A stretch of 51,423 bases of DNA, from assembly GCA_016219065.1 (NCBI GenBank), contig JACRCK010000115.1:1-51423 (forward strand), read 5' to 3'. Under the pieces are notes generated by a model. The model was not told the origin of the DNA. It ran no database searches and was given only the letters and a program-made list of their open reading frames with translations. The translations under genes and the position numbers were made by a program. This document shows, one piece after another, positions 26,690-35,337 of the stretch (its first letter is position 1; each line of letters starts with the position of its first letter). Origin of the DNA: Deltaproteobacteria bacterium (lineage in GTDB: Bacteria; Desulfobacterota; RBG-13-43-22).

Positions 26690-26991
26690 CCCTTTCCTAT
26701 CCTGAAAAGCAGGATTTGGATCTTTGCTCCCAGAGTCGGGCCTGGTTTGTTCTTAAATTGTCGATTGTATTCTTTACGCAGTTAAACTAAAAAAAAGACT
26801 TTAAAAAAGAAGGAATTCAAACTGGCATAATGCAATCAAGGTGCCATGATTTCTTGACCTCCTGGCCGATAAAACTTGAATTAAATCAGAAAGTTTAAAA
26901 ATAAGACCGGTTAGGGGAAAGGTGTTTTGGACAATAATTGGTAATTTTTTAACAAAAAATGTTAAAATGATCGTAAAGGAGTTGAAGCCTA

Positions 26992-27894
26992 ATGGTTGAA
27001 TATACGAACCATGATGAAGACGAAATGGAATATGAGGGGATGGTCATTCGTCCGCCAAGTGAGGGGGACAGCATTTTGTTGCAAGTGACCGTAGGGTGTT
27101 CCCATAATAAATGTATTTTTTGCGGAACCTATAAAGATAAAAGGTTCCGGATAAAAACCGACGAGCGGATTCTGAAAGATATCCTTTTCGCCTCCCGCTA
27201 CTGCCGGCGGCAGGACCGGGTGTTCCTGATGGATGGGGATGCTTTGATTATCCCTCAGCGCCGCCTGGTCTGGATTCTGGAACGGATCCGAGAGCATCTT
27301 CCCTGGGTCCGCCGGGTCGGACTGTATGCCAATGCGAAAAGCATCAAGATGAAGAGCGACGCCGACCTGGCCCAATTGCAGGGACTGGGTTTGGGGATCG
27401 TCTATCTGGGGGTGGAAACGGGGCATCCCGAGCTGCTGAAGAAGATCTGCAAGGGGACCAGCCGGGAAAACCTGATTTTACAGGGCCGAAGAATAAAACA
27501 GGCGGGGATCCGGCTGTCGGTGACGGTGCTCTTGGGAATCGCCGGCCGGGAACTTTCCCGGGAGCACGCCCGGGAGACCGGCTCCCTGCTCACGGAGATG
27601 GATCCCGATTTCGTCGGGGCCTTGACGGTCATGGTCCTCCCGAATACCGAGCTGGGGAAGGCCTATGCCCAAAAGGAATACCAGCCCCTGACGGTTCAGG
27701 AGCTGCTCTTGGAACTGGGGGAAATGCTGGCCGCCACCCATCTTTCCCGGGGGCTGTTTTATTCCAACCACGCCTCCAATTATCTGCCCATTAAAGTCCG
27801 CTATCCCGAAGGGCAGAAGCCGGCTCTGGCCTTGATCCAGAAGGCCCTCCGGGGAGAAGTTGGACTGCGACCGGAGTGGATGCGGGCCCTGTAA
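26992..27894 (+). CDS. Radical SAM-like protein with a Cx4Cx2C cluster motif
   Basis: GGAG RBS. VTVGCSHNKCIFCGTYK near the N-terminus. TIM-barrel-like length of 300 aa. Confidence 0.7.
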   Translation: MVEYTNHDEDEMEYEGMVIRPPSEGDSILLQVTVGCSHNKCIFCGTYKDKRFRIKTDERILKDILFASRYCRRQDRVFLMDGDALIIPQRRLVWILERIREHLPWVRRVGLYANAKSIKMKSDADLAQLQGLGLGIVYLGVETGHPELLKKICKGTSRENLILQGRRIKQAGIRLSVTVLLGIAGRELSREHARETGSLLTEMDPDFVGALTVMVLPNTELGKAYAQKEYQPLTVQELLLELGEMLAATHLSRGLFYSNHASNYLPIKVRYPEGQKPALALIQKALRGEVGLRPEWMRAL

Positions 27895-27898
27895 GATC

Positions 27899-28010
27899 GG
27901 TTACTGGTTGCTGGTTACTGGTTCTGGTCTCTGGTCTTTGGTCTTTGGTTTTTGTTCTCCGATCTCCGACCTCTGACCTCTGATCTCTGTTCTCCGGCCT
28001 CTGTTCTCTG
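27899..28010. repeat. Short-period pyrimidine-rich tract (ctggtt / ctctga-type 6-9 nt units)
   Basis: ggttactggttgctggttactggttctggtctctggtctttggtctttgg...ctccgatctccgacctctgacctctgatctctg. It is related, as the reverse complement, to 8839-8872. Confidence 0.7.
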
Positions 28011-28012
28011 AA

Positions 28013-28058
28013 TAAAAAAATCCGGTCCACCGCCGAAGTAGGGGGGACCGGATTTTTT
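28013..28058. terminator. Bidirectional terminator
   Basis: aaaaaaatccggtcc....ggaccggatttttt, between convergent genes. Confidence 0.75.
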
Positions 28059-28070
28059 ATTTGTATTTAA

Positions 28071-28098
28071 TTCGATGTTGGACGTTGGATGTTCGTCT
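28071..28098 (-). repeat. Short-period tract (cgaacatccaacgtccaacatcgaa type), copy 1
   Basis: Its reverse complement agacgaacatccaacgtccaacatcgaa matches the start of 30731-30777. Confidence 0.65.
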
Positions 28099-28101
28099 GT
28101 T

Positions 28102-28743
28102 TTACCGGGGTTCCGGTTCCATATGCCCGATTTGAACGCGGCCCTGGACGGACCCCATGGCCCGGTAGGTGGCTGGGCCCAACCGGATGCCCAGCTCGTC
28201 GAAGCTGTCGTTGACGATGATGATGGCCGTGGTTTGCGGGGCCTTCTGCATGACCTGAACGACCGCATTGATATAACGAGACCACCAGGCGTCAATCTGG
28301 CCCCGGGCCCGCGATAATTCGTCGAGTCCCGAATCTCCCGGCTTGGGCGACCAGTTCATGCCGGCTACGGTGGATCCCAGGGCATAGCACTGGGCCGTCC
28401 AACGTCCTCCGAAACCGGCTCGGCTCATCTGGCTCGGGATTCGGTCCATATCGGCGATGATGAGCTGGGTCGGCCCGGCTTTGCAATAGGCTTCCAGATT
28501 GCTCCAGAATGTGGGGTCGAGGTCTTGCCCGATGAAGGGCGACTTTTCCAGGATATTGACGGTGGCCGGTCCATGGGCCGGTTCGGTTTTGGGGGGAGGG
28601 GTGGGGGAGCTGGAATTGGTGCTGGAACTGGAACTCGAGCCGGAACCGGAATTGGTCAGATTTTCCCAGTATTCGCAACCGGCTGTAAACAGCATGAGCA
28701 GCAACAGGTGAAACCCTATCCAGTTAATTTTTTTCTTGGCCAT
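28102..28743 (-). CDS. Lipoprotein of unknown function
   Basis: Lipobox LLLMLFTAG/C, Ser/Thr/Pro-rich linker, ~150-aa globular C-terminal part. Confidence 0.65.
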   Translation of the reverse strand: MAKKKINWIGFHLLLLMLFTAGCEYWENLTNSGSGSSSSSSTNSSSPTPPPKTEPAHGPATVNILEKSPFIGQDLDPTFWSNLEAYCKAGPTQLIIADMDRIPSQMSRAGFGGRWTAQCYALGSTVAGMNWSPKPGDSGLDELSRARGQIDAWWSRYINAVVQVMQKAPQTTAIIIVNDSFDELGIRLGPATYRAMGSVQGRVQIGHMEPEPR

Positions 28744-28933
28744 GGAACCTCCTGGAGAATTATTTAATAATTTTTTTAAACCATTTATACATATAAGTCA
28801 ACATATTATGAAGTAAATATCAAAAAATTTTTACATTTAATCATTTAACATGATGAATCTATACAGAATCGGATTGTTAAAAATTAAATTATTGAAATTA
28901 TTATAAAAATAAAAAATTCTGGCAGTGGCCCGC

Positions 28934-29374
28934 CTATTTCTTTTCCTTCAATTCATCCCACTTATAGTCGATAATCTCGGTCAGCACCCCATTCAGTTTC
29001 CGGGGATGGACAAAAGCGAACTCGCAATCCCGGAAGGGCCGAACGATTTCCCCGTTCGGGGCCGGGATCAAGGGGTAGCCTTGCCGCTGAAGTTCCGTAA
29101 CGGCCTCTCGGGTGTTGTCCACATTGAAACTGAGGAGCATCACCCCTTCCCCCCGCTTTTCGATAAATTTGGCCACGTCGCCGTCCGGTGTGGTGGAGGC
29201 CATCAATTCAAAACCGATTTCCCCTATCCAGTAACGGGCCACCCGGATTTTTTCGGATTCGTCAACATAGACCTCGTCCGGCCTGGATTTCCCCAGCAGG
29301 GGTTCCCAGACCTTCCTGGCCGCCTCCAGGTCTTTCACGGCGATGCAGAGATGATCGAGCTTGTTGATTTTCAT
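28934..29374 (-). CDS. VOC-family protein (glyoxalase / methylmalonyl-CoA epimerase-like)
   Basis: MKINKLDHLCIAVKDLEAARKVW.., 146 aa, paired beta-alpha-beta-beta-beta pattern. Confidence 0.7.
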   Translation of the reverse strand: MKINKLDHLCIAVKDLEAARKVWEPLLGKSRPDEVYVDESEKIRVARYWIGEIGFELMASTTPDGDVAKFIEKRGEGVMLLSFNVDNTREAVTELQRQGYPLIPAPNGEIVRPFRDCEFAFVHPRKLNGVLTEIIDYKWDELKEKK

Positions 29375-29403
29375 GTCCTTCTCCTTTTATGGGACCATTT
29401 TAT

Positions 29404-29451
29404 GGAATAATTGCCTCGTCCGGGCAGGTGACCGGGCGACGCAATTATTCC
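29404..29451. promoter_or_regulatory. Imperfect 48-bp palindrome between divergent genes (candidate operator or repeat)
   Basis: ggaataattgcctcgtccgg gcaggtga ccgggcgacgcaattattcc. Confidence 0.35.
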
Positions 29452-29487
29452 ATTGGAATAAAAAAATAAAAAGGGTAAAAAGACCGG

Positions 29488-30696
29488 ATGGACTTCCCGG
29501 ACTATTATCGATCGACCTTCACTCCTGCGGCGGAGATAAACCATCGTCTGGCCGCTTTACAGTCGCGGCTGATGGAAGAAGGGCTGGAAGCGGCGCTCCT
29601 CCATCAGTTGGTGGACCTCTATTATTTTTCCGGAACCGCCCAGCAGGGCTTCCTTTTCGTCCCGGCCCGGGGAGAGGCCATCCTCTTTATCAAAAAGGAG
29701 TTTACCAGGGCCCGGGAAGAGAGTCCTCTATCCCGGGTGGAACCATTGCCCTCCCTGGCCGGCCTGGGGAACCGGCTGCGGGAATGCGGCTGCCGGGTCC
29801 CGGCCCGGCTCGGGTTGGAACTGGACGTATTACCCGTGGGCACTTTTCGATTTCTAAAAGAGATTTTGAAATTTGAGGAAGGGTGGGACGTCTGGCCCTG
29901 GATACGTTCCCTGCGGGAGACCAAATCGGCCTATGAACTGGGGCTCCTGGAAAAAGCCGGAACCATCGCGGCCGAGGTCTATCGGGAGGTGGCGGAGTTC
30001 ATCCGTCCGGGCCTTTCCGAGATCGAGGTGGCCGGTTGGATGAATTACCTGGCCATGCGCCGGGGACATCAAAATATCCTGCGCAGCCGGGGCTTCAACA
30101 GCGAGATCTATAATTGGCACGTGGTCAGCGGGGCCCTGGGGACCCTGCCCAGCAGCATCGACGCCCCCTTCAACGGGCTGGGATTGAGCCCGGCCTTCCC
30201 GCTGGGGGCCGGTCTGAAGCCGATCGTCGCCGGGGAGCCGGTGCTGATCGATTTCGGGACCTGCTACACGGGCTACCAGGTGGACCAGACCCGGATGTAC
30301 GCCGTCGGGAAACCGGGCGCGGAATTTCTGGAAGCCTATGAGGCCCTCCGGGAAATCGAGGCCTTTATCCTCCGGAACCTGCAGCCCGGGGTCCCGTCCG
30401 AAAGCCTGTTCCCCCTGGCCCTGGACAAGGGCCGGGAACTCGGCGTGGAAGCGGTCTTTCTGGGAAGGCCGGGGAACAAGATCCGCTACGTGGGCCATGG
30501 AGTGGGGCTGGAAAGTCCGGAACCCCCTTTCTTGGCCCCGGGACATGCCTATCCCCTCCGGGAAGGCATGACCCTGGCCCTGGAGTTGAAGATCGTGCTG
30601 CCGGGAGGGGCGGTGGGTTTTGAAAACACCGTGGCCGTTACCGCTGACGGCCCGGTTAAGCTGACCACGGCCGCTGAGGATTTTTTGATTTTATGA
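29488..30696 (+). CDS. M24-family metallopeptidase (Xaa-Pro peptidase/creatinase-like)
   Basis: Creatinase-type N-domain, then pita-bread motifs VLIDFGTCYTGYQVDQTR, VGHGVGLE, TLALELKI, GFENTV. Confidence 0.85.
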   Translation: MDFPDYYRSTFTPAAEINHRLAALQSRLMEEGLEAALLHQLVDLYYFSGTAQQGFLFVPARGEAILFIKKEFTRAREESPLSRVEPLPSLAGLGNRLRECGCRVPARLGLELDVLPVGTFRFLKEILKFEEGWDVWPWIRSLRETKSAYELGLLEKAGTIAAEVYREVAEFIRPGLSEIEVAGWMNYLAMRRGHQNILRSRGFNSEIYNWHVVSGALGTLPSSIDAPFNGLGLSPAFPLGAGLKPIVAGEPVLIDFGTCYTGYQVDQTRMYAVGKPGAEFLEAYEALREIEAFILRNLQPGVPSESLFPLALDKGRELGVEAVFLGRPGNKIRYVGHGVGLESPEPPFLAPGHAYPLREGMTLALELKIVLPGGAVGFENTVAVTADGPVKLTTAAEDFLIL

Positions 30697-30730
30697 TCAG
30701 CGGGATTGAGGCTTTAATACGAAAATAAAA

Positions 30731-30777
30731 AGACGAACATTCAACATCGAACATCGAACGTCCAACATTGAATGTGG
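30731..30777 (+). repeat. Short-period tract (cgaacat / caacat units), copy 2
   Basis: agacgaacattcaacatcgaacatcgaacgtccaacattgaatg. Confidence 0.65.
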
Positions 30778-30868
30778 AAAAAATTTTCATGCTGCGGCTG
30801 CTCGCCCCGGGCATGGCGGTTTAGTACTCTGATCGAAAAAAAAAATCGAAGAGAAAGGGGACAGGCGC

Positions 30869-31336
30869 ATGATGGCACTGAAGGTGAACGGCAAGAAGGT
30901 TAAGGTGGATGTGCCTCCGGACACCCCGCTGCTCTGGGTAATCCGGGACAACCTCAAGCTGACCGGGACCAAGTACGGCTGCGGGATCGGGGAATGCGGG
31001 ACCTGCACGGTGCTCATTGACGGGCGGCCGGAACGGTCCTGCACCATCCCGGTGAAGGAGGCCCAGGGTAAAAAGATTACCACCATTGAAGGGCTCGCGG
31101 AGAACCACCCGGTGAAAAAGGCCTGGATCAAGGAACAGGTGGTCCAGTGCGGCTACTGCCAGCCCGGGGTCATGCTGCAGGTGGCCTCCCTGATCGCCCA
31201 GAAACCCAGGCCCAAAGCCGAGCAGGTGATCGGGAAGATGGACGACCTGATCTGTCGCTGCGGTACCTATCCCCGCATCAAAAAGGGGATTCGGACCGCC
31301 CTGAAGATGATGGACCAGGAGGGCAAAAAATCATGA
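30869..31336 (+). CDS. [2Fe-2S] small subunit of an IorAB-type molybdenum hydroxylase
   Basis: YGCGIGECGTCTV and QCGYCQPGVMLQ cluster motifs. 155 aa. ATGA overlap with the next gene. Confidence 0.9.
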   Translation: MMALKVNGKKVKVDVPPDTPLLWVIRDNLKLTGTKYGCGIGECGTCTVLIDGRPERSCTIPVKEAQGKKITTIEGLAENHPVKKAWIKEQVVQCGYCQPGVMLQVASLIAQKPRPKAEQVIGKMDDLICRCGTYPRIKKGIRTALKMMDQEGKKS

Positions 31337-33531
31337 GCGCTTCCATCAGCAGAAGAACTTTTTTAAAAGGTTCCCTGGCGGCCGGCGGCTTGACCATTGC
31401 CGTCTCCATCACGGATTTCGGATTTGACATTTTGAATGCCTCCGACAAGAAAGACCTGGCCTCCTTCAACCCCAACGTCTGGCTCCAGATCACCTCCGAC
31501 GACCGCATCACCATCACCATCGGCAATTCCGAAATGGGGCAGGGGGTGCATACGGCCCAGGCCATGATCCTGGCCGATGAGCTGGAAGCCGACTGGAAAG
31601 ACGTGCGGGTGAAACAGGGGGGGGCCCAGGACGGGTTTAAAAGCCCGCTGCTGAAAATGCAGATCACCGTGGGCAGCGGCAGTGTGCGGGGTTTTTACGA
31701 ACCGCTGCGCAAGGCCGGTGCGGCCGGCCGGGCCATGCTCATCCAGGCGGCGGCCGAGACCTGGGAAGTGCCCGTGTCGGAATGCCGGGCCGAGAAGGGG
31801 AAGGTCATTCATGAAAAGAGCAAGAAAAAGCTCGCTTATGGGAAGCTTTGCGGGAAGGCGGCCAAACTGGAAGTGCCCAAGGACCCGCCGCTGAAGACGG
31901 AGGCCGAATTCCGGTATATGGGTAAGCCCATGCCGCGGGTGGACATCCCGGCCAAGGTCAGCGGCCAGGCCGTCTTCGGGCTGGATGTGGAAATGAAAGG
32001 CCTGCATTACGCCGTTATTTCCCGGCCCCCGGCTTTCGGCGCCAAGCTGCTCTCCTTCGACGCCAAGGCCGCCGAACAGATCCCGGGAGTGGTCAAGGTG
32101 CTGCAGATCCCCCAGGGGGTAGCCGTCTGCGCCACGTCGACCAATGCGGCCCTGAAGGGCCGGGCGGCCCTGAAGGTGGAGTGGGACAAAGGGACCCATC
32201 CGGATATGGATAACGCCTCCATCGAAAAGACCATGATGGGCGACCTGGACCTGCCCGGGGCCAAGGTGCAGGATACCGGCGATGTCCAAAAGGCCCTGGG
32301 CGAGGCGGCGAAGAAGGTGGAGGCCACCTATTTCATTCCCTTCGTGGCGCACGCCACCATGGAACCCATGAATTGCACGGCCCTGGTTACCCCGGATCGC
32401 TGTGACGTCTGGGCCCCCAATCAGGCGCAGACGGTCTGCCAGATGGTGGCGGGGCAAATCAGCGGGCTGCCGCCGGACAAGGTCCACATTCACACCACCT
32501 ACCTGGGCTGTGGGCTGGGGCGCAGGTCCCGCCCCGATTTTCTGGCCGAGACCGTGATCGTGGCCAAAGCCCTGGGCCAACCGGTCAAGCTCCTCTGGAC
32601 CCGGGAAGAGGACATCAAATACGACGCCTTCCGCTCGGCCATGACCCATCGGATCACCGGGGCCCTGGATGGCCAGGGTAAACTGACCGGCTGGAATCAC
32701 AAGACGGCCTGCATTTCCCTCATGAAATACATCAATCCGGCGGCCGTCAAGGACGGGCTGGACTCCTATTGCCTCTGGGGCTTATGGGATTATCCGGATT
32801 CCCCGCACTGGAACGACCGGCTGCAATATGAGGTGCCCAACCTCCACATCGAATTAAAACTCACCGATCTGCCCATAATTGTCGCCCCCTGGCGTTCGGT
32901 CCAGAACGCCCCCAACGCCTTTGCCATCGAATGCTTCATCGACGAGTTGGCCCAGGCGGCCGGCCAGGACCCGCTCGAATTCCGGTTGAAGAACCTGAAA
33001 AACAATAAGCGGGCCACCCGGGTGCTGGAGACGGTGGCGGCCAAGGCCGGCTGGGGGAAGCCGCCGGCCAAGGGGATCGGCCGGGGCCTCGCCCAGCACG
33101 CCTGCTTCGGGACCTGGGTGGCCCAGGTGGTGGAGTTGTCGGTGGACTCCCAGACCGGCAAAATCAAGGTCCACCGGGTGGTGGCGGCGGTGGACTGCGG
33201 CCCGGTGATCAATCCCGATCCCTTGGTGGCCCAGATCGAGGGGGCCGTCACTATGGCCTTGAGCACCGCCTTAATGGAAGAGGTTCGTTTCGCTAAGGGC
33301 GGGGTGGCTTCGGCCAATTTCGACGACTACCGGCTGATCCGCATGAGCGAGGTGCCGGATATCGAGGTCCACATCGTCAAGAACACGGACAAGATCGGCG
33401 GTATCGGAGAACCGGGCGTGCCGCCCCTGGCGCCGGCCCTGGTCAATGCCTTCTTCAACGCCACCGGTGTCCGGATCCGGCGCATCCCCCTCACTCCGGC
33501 CCGGGTGCTGGAGGCCCTGAAGAAGACCTGA
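31333..33531 (+). CDS. Molybdopterin-binding large subunit, IorB/aldehyde-oxidase-like, with a Tat leader
   Basis: MSASISRRTFLKGSLAAGGLTIAVS. Xanthine-dehydrogenase-family a/b hammerhead and Moco domains (..GSGSVRG.., ..GCGLGRR.., ..IGEPGVPP..). The ORF-track start at 31147 overlaps the upstream gene and is rejected. Confidence 0.85.
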   Translation: MSASISRRTFLKGSLAAGGLTIAVSITDFGFDILNASDKKDLASFNPNVWLQITSDDRITITIGNSEMGQGVHTAQAMILADELEADWKDVRVKQGGAQDGFKSPLLKMQITVGSGSVRGFYEPLRKAGAAGRAMLIQAAAETWEVPVSECRAEKGKVIHEKSKKKLAYGKLCGKAAKLEVPKDPPLKTEAEFRYMGKPMPRVDIPAKVSGQAVFGLDVEMKGLHYAVISRPPAFGAKLLSFDAKAAEQIPGVVKVLQIPQGVAVCATSTNAALKGRAALKVEWDKGTHPDMDNASIEKTMMGDLDLPGAKVQDTGDVQKALGEAAKKVEATYFIPFVAHATMEPMNCTALVTPDRCDVWAPNQAQTVCQMVAGQISGLPPDKVHIHTTYLGCGLGRRSRPDFLAETVIVAKALGQPVKLLWTREEDIKYDAFRSAMTHRITGALDGQGKLTGWNHKTACISLMKYINPAAVKDGLDSYCLWGLWDYPDSPHWNDRLQYEVPNLHIELKLTDLPIIVAPWRSVQNAPNAFAIECFIDELAQAAGQDPLEFRLKNLKNNKRATRVLETVAAKAGWGKPPAKGIGRGLAQHACFGTWVAQVVELSVDSQTGKIKVHRVVAAVDCGPVINPDPLVAQIEGAVTMALSTALMEEVRFAKGGVASANFDDYRLIRMSEVPDIEVHIVKNTDKIGGIGEPGVPPLAPALVNAFFNATGVRIRRIPLTPARVLEALKKT

Positions 33532-33566
33532 AAAACTTTTTTCCATTCAACTTTAATGGATTAACC

Positions 33567-33605
33567 GGACGCCGCCGGCCCCTGCCGACGGCGTCCTTTT
33601 TTTTT
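33567..33605 (+). terminator. Rho-independent terminator
   Basis: ggacgccgccgg / ccgacggcgtcc stem followed by T9. Confidence 0.8.
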
Positions 33606-33852
33606 GGGGAAAGCCCTTGACTGCCCAAATTGCCCGGGCCGGCAACTTCCGCGACCGTGGTCTGATCCTCTATCCCCTCGATCAGGTCCCGGATCCTTGG
33701 TAATGGGCCAGGGGGCCCGATTCGCCACCGGCACCTTAAAATCCTTGTCAAAATCCCAATTCTTTGATAGATTTTTAATTTTACCAAGTGCCTGAAGCGA
33801 TTGCTCAAGACCTTGAGCGCTAGACAAAAGGAACAATCAATTTGGAGGGAAC

Positions 33853-34851
33853 ATGAGGCTGCCATCATTTCAGTATCTGGAACCAACCCAGGTCGATGAA
33901 GCGGTGTCCATTCTGGCGGATTTCGGGGACCGGGTAAAAATCTGTGCCGGCGGGACCGAGGTCATCAACCACTTGAGGCGCCGGCTGATCCGGCCCGCCG
34001 CCGTGATGAACATCCGGAAATTACCGGACCTGGAGGGCCTATCCGAAACGACCCAGGAAATCGTCATCGGCGCCAATACGACGCTCAAGGAAATCAGCCG
34101 ATCAAAGCTGATCAACCGGGAGGCCCAGGCGGTGGCCGAAGCCGCCGGGCAGACGGCTTCCCCGACGATCATAGCCATGGCCACCATCGGGGGGAACATC
34201 CTCCAGAATACCCGCTGTCTGAATTACAACCAATCGGGGATCGTCCTGCAGGGGCTGCCGGTCTGTCATAAAAGGGGCGGGGCCGACTGCCTGGCCGTCC
34301 CGGGCAGCCGGCGCTGTTTCAGCGTCTATCAGGGCGACCTGGCCCCGGCCCTGATGGCCCTGCGGGCTCAATGCGTCCTGGTAAAAAAGGGGGCTGCCCG
34401 CACCGTCCCCCTGACCGGGCTCTTTACCGGCGACGGGACCAAACCGCTGGCCCTGGAAGAGGACGAACTGCTGACGCGGATCGTCATCCCCAAAACCGAG
34501 GGCCGGCAGGCGTCGGCCTATCGCAAGTTCCGGGTTCGGGGCAGTGTCGATTTCCCGTTGGCCTCGGCCGCCGCCTTTCTGTCCGTGACCGCTGATTTTC
34601 TGCTGGCGGACAGTTGTGTGGTCATCGGGGCCTCCGGACCGGCGCCCCGGGTGGTCGAGTCGGCCGAGGCCTTGCTGAAGGGAAAAACCCCGGGAGCGGC
34701 GGACGCGGCGATCGTGGCTAAAAAGGCTTTTGACCTGTCCGAGGGGGTCGACAACCTGACTCTGCCGGGAGACTATCGGCGGAAGATGGTCCGGGTGCTG
34801 ACGCAAAGGGCCGTGCAGGCCGCTCTGGAAAATTTGAAAGGGGGCCGGTAA
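33853..34851 (+). CDS. FAD-binding medium subunit of a xanthine-dehydrogenase-family enzyme, with a four-Cys insertion (4-hydroxybenzoyl-CoA reductase beta-like)
   Basis: GGTEVINHLR FAD-binding fold. Insertion RC122LNYNQSGIVLQGLPVC138HKRGGADC146LAVPGSRRC155 (nt 34216-34317). Confidence 0.85.
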   Translation: MRLPSFQYLEPTQVDEAVSILADFGDRVKICAGGTEVINHLRRRLIRPAAVMNIRKLPDLEGLSETTQEIVIGANTTLKEISRSKLINREAQAVAEAAGQTASPTIIAMATIGGNILQNTRCLNYNQSGIVLQGLPVCHKRGGADCLAVPGSRRCFSVYQGDLAPALMALRAQCVLVKKGAARTVPLTGLFTGDGTKPLALEEDELLTRIVIPKTEGRQASAYRKFRVRGSVDFPLASAAAFLSVTADFLLADSCVVIGASGPAPRVVESAEALLKGKTPGAADAAIVAKKAFDLSEGVDNLTLPGDYRRKMVRVLTQRAVQAALENLKGGR

Positions 34852-34852
34852 G

Positions 34853-35332
34853 ATGGAGGAGTGCAAAAATCAGGTGTTGACCCTGACCGTGAACGACGAG
34901 ACCTATGAGGTGATCACCGCGCCCCATCGAACACTCCTGGAGGTGCTGCGCGACGATCTTCATTTCACCGGCGCCAAAGAGAGCTGCGGGGAGGGAGTCT
35001 GCGGATCCTGCACCGTCCTCGTGGACGGCAGCCCGGCCCGTTCCTGCCTGACCCTGGCCGTGGCGGTCGAAGGGAAGGCCATAACCACCATCGAAGGCCT
35101 GGCCCGGGGAGACAAGCTCCACCCGGTCCAGGAGGCCTTTGTGACCCACCATGCCATCCAGTGCGGTTTCTGCACCTCGGGAATGATCCTGACCACGGTG
35201 GCCCTGCTCCAGGAAAACCCCCGGCCCACGGAAGCCGAAATCCGCCGGGCCCTGTCGGGCAATATCTGCCGCTGTACCGGATATGCCAAGATTGTGGAAG
35301 CGGTTCAGTCCCTGGCCGGAGAGGAGAGGTAG
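34853..35332 (+). CDS. [2Fe-2S] small subunit (CoxS/HcrC-like)
   Basis: CGEGVCGSCTV and QCGFCTSGMIL..CRCTGY motifs, 159 aa. Confidence 0.9.
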   Translation: MEECKNQVLTLTVNDETYEVITAPHRTLLEVLRDDLHFTGAKESCGEGVCGSCTVLVDGSPARSCLTLAVAVEGKAITTIEGLARGDKLHPVQEAFVTHHAIQCGFCTSGMILTTVALLQENPRPTEAEIRRALSGNICRCTGYAKIVEAVQSLAGEER

Positions 35333-35337
35333 GTCTC

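Noticed and set aside
27899-28010. Possible CRISPR-like or minisatellite array
   Set aside because: The units are only 5-9 nt and degenerate, with no 25-40 nt repeats alternating with unique spacers and no cas genes. It is a simple-sequence tract.
31147-31332. Upstream extension of the IorB-like ORF. The same issue applies to 35161-35337 for the Mo large subunit, 44518-45194 upstream of the protease start, 24792-24899 for pilX and 14382-14438 for the cadherin-like gene.
   Set aside because: The extensions overlap the preceding gene in another frame and translate to Arg/Pro/Gly-rich junk. Internal ATGs with Shine-Dalgarno sequences give proper Tat or signal N-termini.
33606-33852. Possible Moco riboswitch or sigma-54 promoter upstream of the three-subunit Mo enzyme
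   Set aside because: I could not find the conserved Moco-motif elements or a GG-N10-GC promoter with correct spacing. It cannot be supported by eye.
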